This document shows positions 47,271 to 58,394 of a DNA stretch of 64,000 nucleotides, piece after piece (the stretch's first letter is position 1; each line of letters begins with the position of its first letter). Origin of the DNA: a virus. The notes beneath the pieces were generated by a model that saw only the letters and a program-made list of their open reading frames with translations, made no database searches and was not told where the DNA came from. The DNA is taken from positions 27,070-91,069 of IMG/VR virus record IMGVR_UViG_3300020394_000267, one strand, 5' to 3'. The position numbers were made by a program, and so were the translations under genes.

Positions 47271-48765
47271 AGAATATGATTTGATAAAGTATCGGAAAGA
47301 CATTCTTGATACTAAGTCGAAGAGTTTTTGTGGTGCGAAATGGTACAACGCTACCACATGGTTAGGTAGTGGTACTACTGCTAGTTGTCATCACCCCCCA
47401 GCACATAAGATTCCGTTACACGAGATTGCAGCTGACCCATCTGCTATTCACAATACGCAACATAAGAAAGCAATGCGTAAGATGATGCAACGCGGAGAAA
47501 GACCGCGTGAGTGTGAGTATTGTTGGAAAGTTGAAGACATGGGCAATGATGCAGTTAGTGACAGAGTTTTTAAATCAATCATATACACCAATGAAGATTT
47601 AAAGAAGGCACACGAAGCAGACTTCAATGATAACACACTATTAAAAACATTTGAGATTGCATTTGACCGAACATGTAACCTTGCTTGTTCTTATTGTAAC
47701 TCAAGTTTCTCTACTACATGGGCAAAGGATATAAAGAAACATGGCCCTTATCAAAACATGGTATCAGATGGTGCGGCCGCCTTCCAACATGACGGTGCGT
47801 GGGCAGACCCATATGGTAAGAAAGAAGAGAATCCATATGTAACTGCTTTCTGGGATTGGTGGGAAGATGGACTATCAGAAAGTCTTGAAGAGTTGAGAGT
47901 TACAGGTGGAGAACCTTTAATGTCTGACCAAGTATGGAAGTTGTTTGATTGGTTTGAGAATAATCCATCTGACATGCGATTTGCAGTAAACTCTAATCTC
48001 ATTGCGAAGGAAAGTATTGTTGATAGATTGATTGAAAAATCAAAAGGGGTTAAGAAGTTTCATCTTTATACTAGTTGCGAGGCAACAGGAAAACAAGCAG
48101 AGTATATAAGAGATGGACTTGATTACGAACTATGGACTAATAATATAACGCGATTTATCAAAGAAGGCAACTATGAGGGCATCAATATAATGATGACTAT
48201 TAATAGTTTGTGTCTGTTTAGTATCACAGACTTCTTAGATGATGTATTCAAACTAAAAGAATTGACAAAAAGTAAGACACCTGTATTTAGTGTTAACTTA
48301 TTGCGATTCCCTAGTTTCCAAAGTCCTCTTGCACTACCAGACCATATTAAAGATTATCTTAGAGAGAATCTATCTAATTGGTATGAAGAAAATAAAGACA
48401 GACAATACTGGCACGATTTTGAAAAAGCAAGTATTGAAAGATTGATAGACTATCTAGTAATTGTTGATGCACCACATAGACGAACCAGTGACAAGATGAC
48501 TTTGTGGAGAGATTTTAAAACCTTCTATGGTCAATATGATGAAAGAAGGGATAAAAGTATTTCTGTGTTTCCAGAAATTCTTACTGATTGGGTAGACACC
48601 CTTCCAGATACAGAAACAAAACCTATTACAGTTATGCCAAGTGGTGACAGTACAGAACAGTACGCGGATGACCCCGACTTGAAAAAGATTGCTGAAGAAG
48701 AAGGTTGGGTATTGAAACCAGACAATAAAAACATCGACAAACCATTAGGAGATTACGACAAATGA
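47257..48765 (+). CDS. Radical SAM protein with N-terminal twitch domain (3 of 7)
   Basis: FCGAKW..SCHHP..ECEYCW; CNLACSYC; TGGEP. Confidence 0.9.
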   Translation: MKLNKEYDLIKYRKDILDTKSKSFCGAKWYNATTWLGSGTTASCHHPPAHKIPLHEIAADPSAIHNTQHKKAMRKMMQRGERPRECEYCWKVEDMGNDAVSDRVFKSIIYTNEDLKKAHEADFNDNTLLKTFEIAFDRTCNLACSYCNSSFSTTWAKDIKKHGPYQNMVSDGAAAFQHDGAWADPYGKKEENPYVTAFWDWWEDGLSESLEELRVTGGEPLMSDQVWKLFDWFENNPSDMRFAVNSNLIAKESIVDRLIEKSKGVKKFHLYTSCEATGKQAEYIRDGLDYELWTNNITRFIKEGNYEGINIMMTINSLCLFSITDFLDDVFKLKELTKSKTPVFSVNLLRFPSFQSPLALPDHIKDYLRENLSNWYEENKDRQYWHDFEKASIERLIDYLVIVDAPHRRTSDKMTLWRDFKTFYGQYDERRDKSISVFPEILTDWVDTLPDTETKPITVMPSGDSTEQYADDPDLKKIAEEEGWVLKPDNKNIDKPLGDYDK

Positions 48766-49640
48766 AGATATTAATGACAGGTTCCTCTGGGTTCATAGGG
48801 TCTCACCTTACACCCTACCTAAGAGAACATGAAATTCATCACTTACAAAGTGATTTAAGACATCACGGATTGGTTAGAACAGAGGTTAGAGATTTTCAAC
48901 CAGACATGATTGTACACCTTGGAGCGAGAACAGAAGTTGAACAAAGTTTCTATGAACAAATAACATTCAGTGAAATTAACTATGTTGGTAGTGTAAACCT
49001 TATTGAAGTCTCAAGAGAGATTCCTAATTTTAAGAACTTTGTTTTTGCGAGTACAATGGAAGTATATGGCCCGCAACCAAAACATACAGTATGTGACCAT
49101 CTTACTACTCCATATCCAAATGCACCATATGCCGTTGCTAAATATGGTGTTGAAAAATATCTGGAGTATGCTGGTAGGTCTTATAGTCTTCCTTATACTA
49201 TTATTAGACAGACCAATTGTTATGGTAGAAAAGACAACGACTTCTTTGTTACTGAACAGATTATAACTCAGATGTTAGACAATCCAGATGAAATACATTT
49301 GGGATATGCTGACCCCTATCGTAACTTTATATACATTGATGATATGTTAGATGCGTGGACTGCCATTATTAATAATCCAGAAAAATGTAAGGAGAAGATA
49401 TTTACCCTAGGCCCAGACAACCCGATTCAAATAAGAGACTATGTTGATATCATTGCTCAAAAAATAGGTTGGGATGGAAAGGTATATTGGAATACAAAAC
49501 CAGAAAGGCCAGGCGAAATATATTGGTTGAATAGTAGTGGAAAGTTATTAGAAGATACACTTGGTTGGATACCAAAAGTGACTCTATCAGAAGGATTAGA
49601 TAGAACAATTTCTTGGTGGAGAAATGTCAGTAAAAGATAG
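48762..49640 (+). CDS. NAD-dependent nucleotide-sugar epimerase/dehydratase
   Basis: TGSSGFIG, ASTMEVYG, YAVAK (YxxxK). Confidence 0.9.
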   Translation: MKILMTGSSGFIGSHLTPYLREHEIHHLQSDLRHHGLVRTEVRDFQPDMIVHLGARTEVEQSFYEQITFSEINYVGSVNLIEVSREIPNFKNFVFASTMEVYGPQPKHTVCDHLTTPYPNAPYAVAKYGVEKYLEYAGRSYSLPYTIIRQTNCYGRKDNDFFVTEQIITQMLDNPDEIHLGYADPYRNFIYIDDMLDAWTAIINNPEKCKEKIFTLGPDNPIQIRDYVDIIAQKIGWDGKVYWNTKPERPGEIYWLNSSGKLLEDTLGWIPKVTLSEGLDRTISWWRNVSKR

Positions 49641-50931
49641 ACCCTACCTTTGCACCGCACCTTGGACACATACCTATGTTTCCCCACAAGGAGAACGAAG
49701 GTTGTGTTGTGCTAGCAGAGAAGAGGCATCTTTTCAAAAACAATACTTAGATAGTGGTACTGCGGAAGGTAAATTTAAACCACTATCATTAGAAGAACAC
49801 TGGAATAGTGATTATATGAAAGACATCCGCAAAAGGATGTTAGCAGGAGAAAAATTAAAACAATGTCAAGTATGCAATGACCAAGTTTTGAATCTACATA
49901 CTTATCGTCAATACTTTACAGAGACATTGTTCCCCCACAAAGTAGAAGACATTATAGCGACTACGCGAGAAGACGGACACTATGATAAATTGCCAGTCTC
50001 GTATGATTATCGTATTTCTAATCTATGTAACTTTAAATGTCGGATGTGTGGGGAACAATTGTCTTCTAGTTGGGAAGCAGAGAAGAAGAAACACAATCTT
50101 ATTGATGTGAAACAAGACCCTTGGATGGAACCCACCACCAGAAAGAAAATATCAAACTTTCAAGAAGAGGTCTTAGAAGAAGAATTACAAAAAGCAGTTG
50201 ATAATAAAACCATTGAAGAAATATACTGGGTTGGTGGCGAACCATTGATGTGGGAAAGACACTGGACTATTATGCAACAACTGGTAGACAATGGACACGC
50301 GAAAAATGTTACCATTCGTTATAACACAAATCTAAGTAGAGTAAAATATAAAGATTATAATTTATGGGAGATGTTACCACACTTTAAGAATGTTAATATA
50401 TGTGCTAGTATTGATGGTGCGTATGAGGTGGGCGAATATATCAGAGATGGACTAGTGTGGAGTGAGTGGATAGAAAACTTTAAGTCTGGTATGTTTCTTA
50501 TAGACCAGTTTGGTGATGATGCACTAGTATTCGATGTAACTCTAACAACGCCAGGCTTATTCCATCTTGATAAGTTGATTGATGTTGCCAGTTCTCTTGA
50601 TATAAAGTCATATTTTAAATTTACATACGCATTTGACCCAAGTGTTGTTATGTCACCATTTTGTCTTCCTAAAGATGTGCTTTTACCCCAAGTTGATTCA
50701 TTAATGCAACACATAGATGAACGACTAACATGGAAAACAAAAGTTTATAAAGATTCACTGGTTAATCTAATAAATAGAGAGTCATTTGATGAACAATGGC
50801 CTGACACATATAAAGATGGTTTGAAACGCGGAAAGCAGTTTCAAGAATATCTTGATAATTTAAGAAACTCCAAACTAAAGTTTGTTGATACACTTCACGG
50901 TAACGCCGTGGATTGGTGGAATAGAATATGA
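49624..50931 (+). CDS. Radical SAM protein with N-terminal twitch domain (4 of 7)
   Basis: CTAPW..LCC..QCQVC; CNFKCRMC; GGEP. Confidence 0.9.
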   Translation: MSVKDRPYLCTAPWTHTYVSPQGERRLCCASREEASFQKQYLDSGTAEGKFKPLSLEEHWNSDYMKDIRKRMLAGEKLKQCQVCNDQVLNLHTYRQYFTETLFPHKVEDIIATTREDGHYDKLPVSYDYRISNLCNFKCRMCGEQLSSSWEAEKKKHNLIDVKQDPWMEPTTRKKISNFQEEVLEEELQKAVDNKTIEEIYWVGGEPLMWERHWTIMQQLVDNGHAKNVTIRYNTNLSRVKYKDYNLWEMLPHFKNVNICASIDGAYEVGEYIRDGLVWSEWIENFKSGMFLIDQFGDDALVFDVTLTTPGLFHLDKLIDVASSLDIKSYFKFTYAFDPSVVMSPFCLPKDVLLPQVDSLMQHIDERLTWKTKVYKDSLVNLINRESFDEQWPDTYKDGLKRGKQFQEYLDNLRNSKLKFVDTLHGNAVDWWNRI

Positions 50932-52154
50932 GTGAAACATTTTGTCCTTTACCTTGGAATCATTTAGCAACTCATCCGCATGGGATATGTACTTTATGTT
51001 GTGAATCAAATCAAGAAGAAGGACAGTCACAAGCTTTTAATGAAACAAATAATAAAGCATTTAGAGAGTTTCTAACACTACAAAAAGTAGATGACTTTTC
51101 TGATATTACCAATTCAGACAGTTTTAGTAAAGTCAGACTGCAAATGTTGAACGGTGAAAAACCTATTGAATGTAGCAAGTGTTGGGAAGCAGAAAGTGTA
51201 GGAAATAAAAGTAAGCGATATTACGAAAGTCGCCGTCTTCCTATGACTTTGGAACAAGCGAAAGAAATAACAAATGACGATGGAACTCTAAAGGAGGTCA
51301 ACTATGAATTTGTGGAATTGCGTCTTGGCAACCATTGTAATGTTCAGTGCCGGACTTGCAATCCTTACTCATCTTCTAGGTGGTTAAAGGATTGGGATAA
51401 CATATATCCAGAAAGAAGAGCGCTTCCAGAGTTCACGCGAAAAAGTAGTTTCAACTGGCCATTGGAAGAAGAGTTCTGGGAAAAACTTATTGATAGATGC
51501 AACGAATTACGATTGTTGTATATCAATGGTGGTGAACCTTTTCTTATAGACAAACATTTTAATTTTCTACAGACTTTAGTTGATAGAGGAATATCAAAGA
51601 ATGTAGAAATAGTATACTCTACTAACTGTACCATTATTAATCACACATATGAGGATATATGGAAGGAATTTAAAAAGGTACAGTTTATGTTGTCTATTGA
51701 TTGTGTAGGTGAGAGAAATGAATATATCAGAACCTATACCGCGTGGTCTAAGGTATTAGAGTTTGTTGATTGGATGAAGGATATCACAAGCAAGAATGAT
51801 AACCTAGATTATAACATACTTCAAACTGTATCCACATATAACATTTTTTATATACCAGAATTCTATGAGTATTTTGATGGCGAACATATAAGTCATAACT
51901 TTGTAAAAGACCCCGCCCAGTATGACCCACTAATTTTACCACAACAAGTACAACAAAAGATTTTGGATAAGTTGTCTGGATGTGGGGGATATGATGTTGT
52001 TAAAAACTACTTTAATATAGAAGGTATATCATATACTGACTTAGAAGTAATGAAGTCGTTCTTTCAAAAAACTGGTGCCATGGATGTTACGAAAAAAACA
52101 TCTTTCAAAAAAACCTTCCCAGAATTTTATGAGTTAATTAAAGATTATGAGTGA
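50928..52154 (+). CDS. Radical SAM protein with N-terminal twitch domain (5 of 7)
   Basis: CPLPW..LCC..ECSKCW; CNVQCRTC; GGEP. Confidence 0.9.
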   Translation: MSETFCPLPWNHLATHPHGICTLCCESNQEEGQSQAFNETNNKAFREFLTLQKVDDFSDITNSDSFSKVRLQMLNGEKPIECSKCWEAESVGNKSKRYYESRRLPMTLEQAKEITNDDGTLKEVNYEFVELRLGNHCNVQCRTCNPYSSSRWLKDWDNIYPERRALPEFTRKSSFNWPLEEEFWEKLIDRCNELRLLYINGGEPFLIDKHFNFLQTLVDRGISKNVEIVYSTNCTIINHTYEDIWKEFKKVQFMLSIDCVGERNEYIRTYTAWSKVLEFVDWMKDITSKNDNLDYNILQTVSTYNIFYIPEFYEYFDGEHISHNFVKDPAQYDPLILPQQVQQKILDKLSGCGGYDVVKNYFNIEGISYTDLEVMKSFFQKTGAMDVTKKTSFKKTFPEFYELIKDYE

Positions 52155-53367
52155 TAAGAAAAATTTATGTATGTTACCGTGGGTGCATTTGCACACATGG
52201 CCTAATGGTAATGTATATCCTTGTTGCATCACTCCAATGCAATATATTGCTGGGAATTTGAACGATGATAGTTTAGAAGACATTTATAATAGTGACTTAA
52301 TGAAAGATATCCGCGTGAAAATGTTAAATGATGAAAGACATGAAGCGTGTGCTAGGTGTTATCACCAAGAAGATTCTGGTGGACATTCCATGAGACACAG
52401 AGCAAATAAGTCTTGGAAAAAACATGAGAACCTAATTGAAACTACACAGGATGATGGTACAGTAAAAGAAATGAAACTCCCATATTGGGACTTTAGGTTT
52501 TCTAATATATGCAACTTCAAATGTCGTAGTTGTGGCCCACAGTTAAGCACTGGTTGGTATCCAGATACAAAGAAGATTGCTGTCTTAGAAACAGGTAGGT
52601 CATTCTTACCAGATGATGTTCCAAAGGGAAATACATTTGATTTGTGGGAACAGATAGAACCCCACTTTGAATATGTAGAAGAAATTTATTTCGCTGGTGG
52701 TGAACCTCTTATAATGGAAGAACACTATCGCATATTAAAGAAACTAGATGAGATGGGTAAACACGATGTACTCATTCGATATAATACAAACTTTAGTGAA
52801 ATGCGATACAAGGATTTACATGTCTTGGAGTTCTGGCCAAAGTTTAAGAATATAGAAGTTGGTGCGAGTATAGATGGAATGAAGGAACAAGGTGAATTTA
52901 TTCGTAGTGGATTTAACTGGGAACAGTTCAAAGAAAATAGAAACCGAATGAAAGAAACATGTCCTCATGTAAACTTCTATGTTAGTTGTACAACCAGTAT
53001 ACAGAACTCTTATCATATAGTTCCATTTCATATGTCACTAGTAGAACATGGTTATATAGATGATTATGAAAGTTTCTTTGTTAACATTGTTACTGAACCC
53101 CCATGGCTTGATATGAGAATCTTACCAGAACAACACAAGAACATATTATCTGATTGTTACCAACAACACATAGATTTCTTAGATAAAAAACAAGCATGGA
53201 GCACCAAACAAGGATTTGTTAGTCTACGGAATCACCTTTTGCAGTCAGTAGAAAATGAGGATTTGTTAAAAACATTTGCCTATAGAATGAAGATGATTGA
53301 CGATATAAGGAACGAGAACTTCCAAGAAACATTCCCCGAACTAAAGGACTTATACGATGCCGTTTAA
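52147..53367 (+). CDS. Radical SAM protein with N-terminal twitch domain (6 of 7)
   Basis: CMLPW..PCC..ACARCY; CNFKCRSC; AGGEP. Confidence 0.9.
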   Translation: MSDKKNLCMLPWVHLHTWPNGNVYPCCITPMQYIAGNLNDDSLEDIYNSDLMKDIRVKMLNDERHEACARCYHQEDSGGHSMRHRANKSWKKHENLIETTQDDGTVKEMKLPYWDFRFSNICNFKCRSCGPQLSTGWYPDTKKIAVLETGRSFLPDDVPKGNTFDLWEQIEPHFEYVEEIYFAGGEPLIMEEHYRILKKLDEMGKHDVLIRYNTNFSEMRYKDLHVLEFWPKFKNIEVGASIDGMKEQGEFIRSGFNWEQFKENRNRMKETCPHVNFYVSCTTSIQNSYHIVPFHMSLVEHGYIDDYESFFVNIVTEPPWLDMRILPEQHKNILSDCYQQHIDFLDKKQAWSTKQGFVSLRNHLLQSVENEDLLKTFAYRMKMIDDIRNENFQETFPELKDLYDAV

Positions 53368-54481
53368 AGAAAAAGATAGACCCAGAGATGATGATTACTT
53401 CTTTTCAGAGGACTACGCTGGTGTCAACGAATGTAAGGATGCAATAATAACTTTAAGACTTAGGAATAGTAGAGACAAGAGTATCAAACCACTAGAAATT
53501 AAAATTGCATTGGATGACCATCACGCGGTAGATATTTGGTTCCAGAGATTTAAACACGAACTATATTCTGGAGCATTTCTAAGAAAAGAACATGTATTCA
53601 TGGGAGAGAGTACCCTTACTACGGAAGACATGATAGAAAAAGTAAATGGTACACTAGACCATATATCAAAGTTCGACTTTGTTGCTGAACAATGGACGCG
53701 ATGGCCAGACTTTGTAAAAGCAGACCAGAGAAATGTATTAGACCAACCCTTAACAGAGAATCCAGACATATCAGAGAGATTGACAATAGAAGATTTTAAG
53801 GATGGTAATGATAATAAAAAGATGAATGTAATTCACAATTATTTTCCATTGTTATCTGGGCCAGCGGAAAGAACTACGGCACATTTGTATGTTGCCTCTC
53901 CAGATGTACAGGCTAGTATTTGTAGGTTGAACTTAGAGGTTCACGAACTTCACACCACATTGCAGAATGATGAACAGGCAGAATTCAACATGCATGTAAA
54001 TGTATCTTGGCAAAGAGCGCCCAAGAAATTACCAGTATTGCCAGACTCATTTAATGAGTTGTTTACTAAGTACACGAAATTTGGAGATGTGTTATTAGGA
54101 TTTCCTCAAATTGGAAAGACCCACATAGAAGCATACGCGGAAGAAGATGAAGAGTTAGAAGATGAACATATAGAACCAATTAAGTTTTTGTCTGGTGATA
54201 TGTTGATTAAATTTTCAACAGACCAACATGAAAACTGGGTAAAGGGATTTGATGAATGGTTGATTGAACAGGGATTAGACCCAGAAGATAAAAAAGGCAG
54301 ATATGGTTTTGCAAAACTAGGTAGAGTTATTGATTGTGACTTAGATTTTGTAAAGGAAAATATCTCTGGTGTATATGATGACATATCCATGATATCCGTC
54401 AATGATGAACCATATCATTATCCTTATAGCAGATTTGATGATGATTATAAAGAAAGATTTTTGAGGTATTTACATGACTGA
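53357..54481 (+). CDS. Hypothetical protein
   Basis: 374-aa ORF within the operon; no motif recognised. Confidence 0.7.
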   Translation: MPFKEKDRPRDDDYFFSEDYAGVNECKDAIITLRLRNSRDKSIKPLEIKIALDDHHAVDIWFQRFKHELYSGAFLRKEHVFMGESTLTTEDMIEKVNGTLDHISKFDFVAEQWTRWPDFVKADQRNVLDQPLTENPDISERLTIEDFKDGNDNKKMNVIHNYFPLLSGPAERTTAHLYVASPDVQASICRLNLEVHELHTTLQNDEQAEFNMHVNVSWQRAPKKLPVLPDSFNELFTKYTKFGDVLLGFPQIGKTHIEAYAEEDEELEDEHIEPIKFLSGDMLIKFSTDQHENWVKGFDEWLIEQGLDPEDKKGRYGFAKLGRVIDCDLDFVKENISGVYDDISMISVNDEPYHYPYSRFDDDYKERFLRYLHD

Positions 54482-55655
54482 TAAGATTTGTGTATTGCCT
54501 TGGGTTCACACGGAGTTCACTACAGATGGAACCGCGAACCCATGTTGTTTATATAAAGGCAATCCTATGGGGAACCTAAAACAAGAAAACTTTCTTGATG
54601 TCTGGAATGGAGAACCATATAAGAACTTACGAAGAGAGTTTCTTGAAGGCAAACAACCATCTGGATGTGCCATGTGTTGGGAAGGAGAAGAGGCAGGATA
54701 TCAATCAAAGAGATTACAAGATAATAAAAGATTTGCTAAAGAACTTGAAGAGATAAAAGAAAGACAAAGTTTTATTGCTACTGATACTCCAAAATATCTT
54801 GACTTAAAGTTTGGTACATTATGTAATTTAAAGTGTAGAACTTGTGGTAGCATAAACAGTTCAAAGTGGCAAACAGACGAGAAAAAACTATACGGTAGAA
54901 TTCTAAACAAAAAAGACCCCTTGTGGATTGCAAAAAATCCAAGTGTGTGGGATGAACTTTTTGAGATTATGCACACAGTAGAACAAATGGACTTCACAGG
55001 CGGTGAACCATTTATGATAGAAGAACACTTTGAGTTATTGCGTAGAACAGTCGAGGCTGGACACGCGGAACACATATCTTTACATTATAACACAAATGGG
55101 ACTATTCGTCCACCACAAAAGATATTTGATTTGTGGAAAGAGTTCAAGTCTTGTGAAGTAATGTTCAGTATTGATGGGATATTCAAGAAATTTGAATATA
55201 TTAGACACCCAGCAAAATGGGATGAAACTTGGGACAACTATAACTACTTTAAATCACTTGATTGGATGTATGTTCAAGTATGTCATACAGTTAGTCTTTA
55301 TAACATATACTATTTGGATGAGTTTGTAGACATGTTTGGAAGAGAAAATATATATCTCAATCTTTTACACTTTCCTAGACAGTATTGTGTTAGGAATATG
55401 CCAGATGTATGTAAAAAACAGGTTGAGGATAAACTTATAAATATGACAGATATGAATGATATCATATCTTTCATGAACCAAGAACCAAATTTTGATAAAT
55501 TAGACCTTGGGTTTTTACCTGTTACAGAAAGATTAGATGGATTGAGAAATGAATGTTATAGTGAAGTATTTCCAGAATTTTATAGGATATTGATTGATGG
55601 CGGAATTGGAAAAGAACCTTGGAACCCTAAACAGTACTTTGGACAGATTAGTTGA
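54474..55655 (+). CDS. Radical SAM protein with N-terminal twitch domain (7 of 7)
   Basis: CVLPW..PCC..GCAMCW; CNLKCRTC; TGGEP. Confidence 0.9.
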   Translation: MTDKICVLPWVHTEFTTDGTANPCCLYKGNPMGNLKQENFLDVWNGEPYKNLRREFLEGKQPSGCAMCWEGEEAGYQSKRLQDNKRFAKELEEIKERQSFIATDTPKYLDLKFGTLCNLKCRTCGSINSSKWQTDEKKLYGRILNKKDPLWIAKNPSVWDELFEIMHTVEQMDFTGGEPFMIEEHFELLRRTVEAGHAEHISLHYNTNGTIRPPQKIFDLWKEFKSCEVMFSIDGIFKKFEYIRHPAKWDETWDNYNYFKSLDWMYVQVCHTVSLYNIYYLDEFVDMFGRENIYLNLLHFPRQYCVRNMPDVCKKQVEDKLINMTDMNDIISFMNQEPNFDKLDLGFLPVTERLDGLRNECYSEVFPEFYRILIDGGIGKEPWNPKQYFGQIS

Positions 55656-57339
55656 AGAAGTATCTGGTCTTAGAAGCGAACTCCAAGAATTAAAAAAAAT
55701 AAATGCGAATGTTTTACAAAAACATCTAGTTAGAAAAAGCACCCCAAAAGAAACCCACTATCTTTTTTGGGATAGAAAGAAAAACAAAGTAGACCACGAA
55801 GATGTATTTTCTTGGCCTGCTTCCAATTGTTCTTCCACGCCCAATGAAGTTTATCAAGGGCAAACTTCTGTGTTGGGTCATTACCAAAAAGTTGACTGGC
55901 CATATGAGTTAGTAGATATTGAAAACTTTGATGGTAATGGAGTTCACAAAAATACAAACAATCTTTATTTCTTAGAACCGCAATATGTGTTTTGTGATTC
56001 ATGGGCTAACTCTATAGAATGGATTCCACAAGAAGTACAGTGTTGGTTACGAGAACGAAAAATGGCACTGGTGTTATGGTTTCCACACGAGGGATTTAAT
56101 TTTAATCAAGGGTTTGAAAATAAAGGTTGGTTATTACAGTTTCATTTGCAGATGAGAAAACACCAACTAGAAAATGCTATAACATATTTTGTTTTTGGTG
56201 ATTTACAAGCAGAACCCAATTATCAAAACTGGTTAAGAACTAGAATGGGTAATGAAAAAACCGCATTTGAGTTTACTAAAACAATTTCATATGACTTTTT
56301 CCACGGTGGTTATTGGCACGAATATGCTGATAGAACTGGTGTTTATGTACACAGACACCAGAACCCAAAACACATGCATCAAGAACACTATGGTGCTTCA
56401 GAACTTACTGGTGGATTTACTGACCATGTTATTATACCATATGAAAAGTTTGACGCGGAAATACTAAACTCCACTCCTAATCAAGTTGTACAGGACTCGT
56501 ATGATAGATGTAAACCAGAGGAGATTCTTGTTGGAATACCTACTGCTGGAGACAAACAAAAAGATTTGATATGTTTGAACGCAAGACCACGGTCACATAG
56601 ACCAGTACTTGTTTCTGAATTAGATAGGTTGGGATATAACAATAGTAACTCTTATATAAGTTTTCTTGGTAGAGAAGATATGCCAGACCAGTATGGAAGT
56701 TTAGTTTCTGACAACGGTGGTCAACCCATATGGAAAGAACAAATGTTTAGGGGATTGGATATTACTGCCTTTACCGCGAGAAAGGATAACAATTACATAT
56801 CATTTTTAAATCACGATGTACAGATAGAATATGCATATAGATTCTGGAAAGACAGACTTCAAGTTGTTGCAGATAAACCTTTACACGATGTTAACATTGA
56901 TGATAGGTTGATAACCTCTAACATGTATAAAGATGCTTTCTTTAGTCTGGTATCAGAAACCTTGTTTGGTGATGATAAAGATTCTTTATTCTTAACAGAG
57001 AAGATTTTCAAACCTATTGCTTATAGAAACCCATTTATGGTTGTTGGTACGATGGGGACACTAAGACATCTTCATTATTTGGGATATGAGACATTCCCAG
57101 AAATGTTTGATGAAAGTTATGACCAAGAATATCACCCACAACGAAGATGGGAAATGATTCTTAGGAATCTTGAATCTTGGCGCCAGTTGAGTCACGATGA
57201 AAAAATGCAAAAATACGATAGTGTTAGAGATAAACTAAAACACAACTTTGAAGTGTTTAAAAACGCGAGAGGTAGACATGAGAAAGATATCGTTGGCGTA
57301 CTAAGTCAACTATCATCCCATAGTGTTGAGATTCACTAA
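55594..57339 (+). CDS. Glycosyltransferase-like protein (GT-B / GT10-like motif)
   Basis: CLNARPRSHR; FSLVSET...LTEKIFKPI..PF..G...LGYETF. Confidence 0.55.
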   Translation: MMAELEKNLGTLNSTLDRLVEEVSGLRSELQELKKINANVLQKHLVRKSTPKETHYLFWDRKKNKVDHEDVFSWPASNCSSTPNEVYQGQTSVLGHYQKVDWPYELVDIENFDGNGVHKNTNNLYFLEPQYVFCDSWANSIEWIPQEVQCWLRERKMALVLWFPHEGFNFNQGFENKGWLLQFHLQMRKHQLENAITYFVFGDLQAEPNYQNWLRTRMGNEKTAFEFTKTISYDFFHGGYWHEYADRTGVYVHRHQNPKHMHQEHYGASELTGGFTDHVIIPYEKFDAEILNSTPNQVVQDSYDRCKPEEILVGIPTAGDKQKDLICLNARPRSHRPVLVSELDRLGYNNSNSYISFLGREDMPDQYGSLVSDNGGQPIWKEQMFRGLDITAFTARKDNNYISFLNHDVQIEYAYRFWKDRLQVVADKPLHDVNIDDRLITSNMYKDAFFSLVSETLFGDDKDSLFLTEKIFKPIAYRNPFMVVGTMGTLRHLHYLGYETFPEMFDESYDQEYHPQRRWEMILRNLESWRQLSHDEKMQKYDSVRDKLKHNFEVFKNARGRHEKDIVGVLSQLSSHSVEIH

Positions 57340-58394
57340 TGTACTGGTCACAGGGAGCAGATAAGAAAAGTGGCAGTGTCCATATAACAGAATTTGAAAG
57401 GATATTTGTTAGAGAGTTAAAACTACAAAAACCAGATGATTGTATTCTCGTCAATTCTACATGGTTTTCAAAACCAGAGAATGTTGAAGACTTGAAACAA
57501 TGGTTTGGTGCTAGTCAATTCATCACCACCCCTAGAGTCTTGTTGTATTCTGGTATGGATTGGGAAAACTCCACATGTACAGAGTCTACGCGAGAAGCAC
57601 ATAAGTTCCTTAATGATAATTATGAAGTCATTAATATAGGTAATACAGGCACTGGGCATTATTTTAATTTTTGGTTATCTTTTATTCATAAACATATTGA
57701 CACTTTCTTTGATTCGTGTTATACTGAAAAACCAAATATAAAGAAACATTTTATGTGTTTGAATCATCAACCACATGAACATAGGATAGAACTTTTAAAC
57801 ATTCTTTATAATGTTGGTTTGTTTAAGCATGGTATAGTTTCCGCTGTTATTCCGCATGAAAAATATGAGTTTGAAACTCCCATAGTTTTAAATGAAAATA
57901 GACCACCTAAAATAATGGAAAAGGCGAATGAATGGGAGAAATTAAACGAAACGCATTTATCAAATGATATTATTTCTTTGGGAGACCCAGTATACTGGAA
58001 TAAACATTTCTGTACCGTAGTCACCGAAAGTGTTATGCATAGTGATGTTTTTTTAAGTGAAAAAACTTTTAAACCAATGATAGGATTAAGACCCTTTATT
58101 ATTTTGGGTGACATTGGTTTATATGACAAACTAAGAGAATGGAAGTTTGATACATTTGAGGACTTGTTTCCACTTTCAAATAAAGTGGGTACAAACGCCC
58201 TTGGGGAACCAGATAAATACATGAGAATAGATGCTGTAAATCAAGATTTAACAAACCTTCAAAGGAACTATAAACTTGATGAATTAAATATTCTTTACAA
58301 TGACCTAGAAGACAGATTGATGTATAACAGGAAAAGAGTCTTAGAGGTAATTAATGAAAACTACAACGATATTATGGAGATTAATAAGTTATGA
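57339..58394 (+). CDS. Glycosyltransferase-like protein (paralog of the previous gene)
   Basis: CLNHQPHEHR; VVTES...LSEKTFKPM.GLRPF. Confidence 0.55.
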   Translation: MYWSQGADKKSGSVHITEFERIFVRELKLQKPDDCILVNSTWFSKPENVEDLKQWFGASQFITTPRVLLYSGMDWENSTCTESTREAHKFLNDNYEVINIGNTGTGHYFNFWLSFIHKHIDTFFDSCYTEKPNIKKHFMCLNHQPHEHRIELLNILYNVGLFKHGIVSAVIPHEKYEFETPIVLNENRPPKIMEKANEWEKLNETHLSNDIISLGDPVYWNKHFCTVVTESVMHSDVFLSEKTFKPMIGLRPFIILGDIGLYDKLREWKFDTFEDLFPLSNKVGTNALGEPDKYMRIDAVNQDLTNLQRNYKLDELNILYNDLEDRLMYNRKRVLEVINENYNDIMEINKL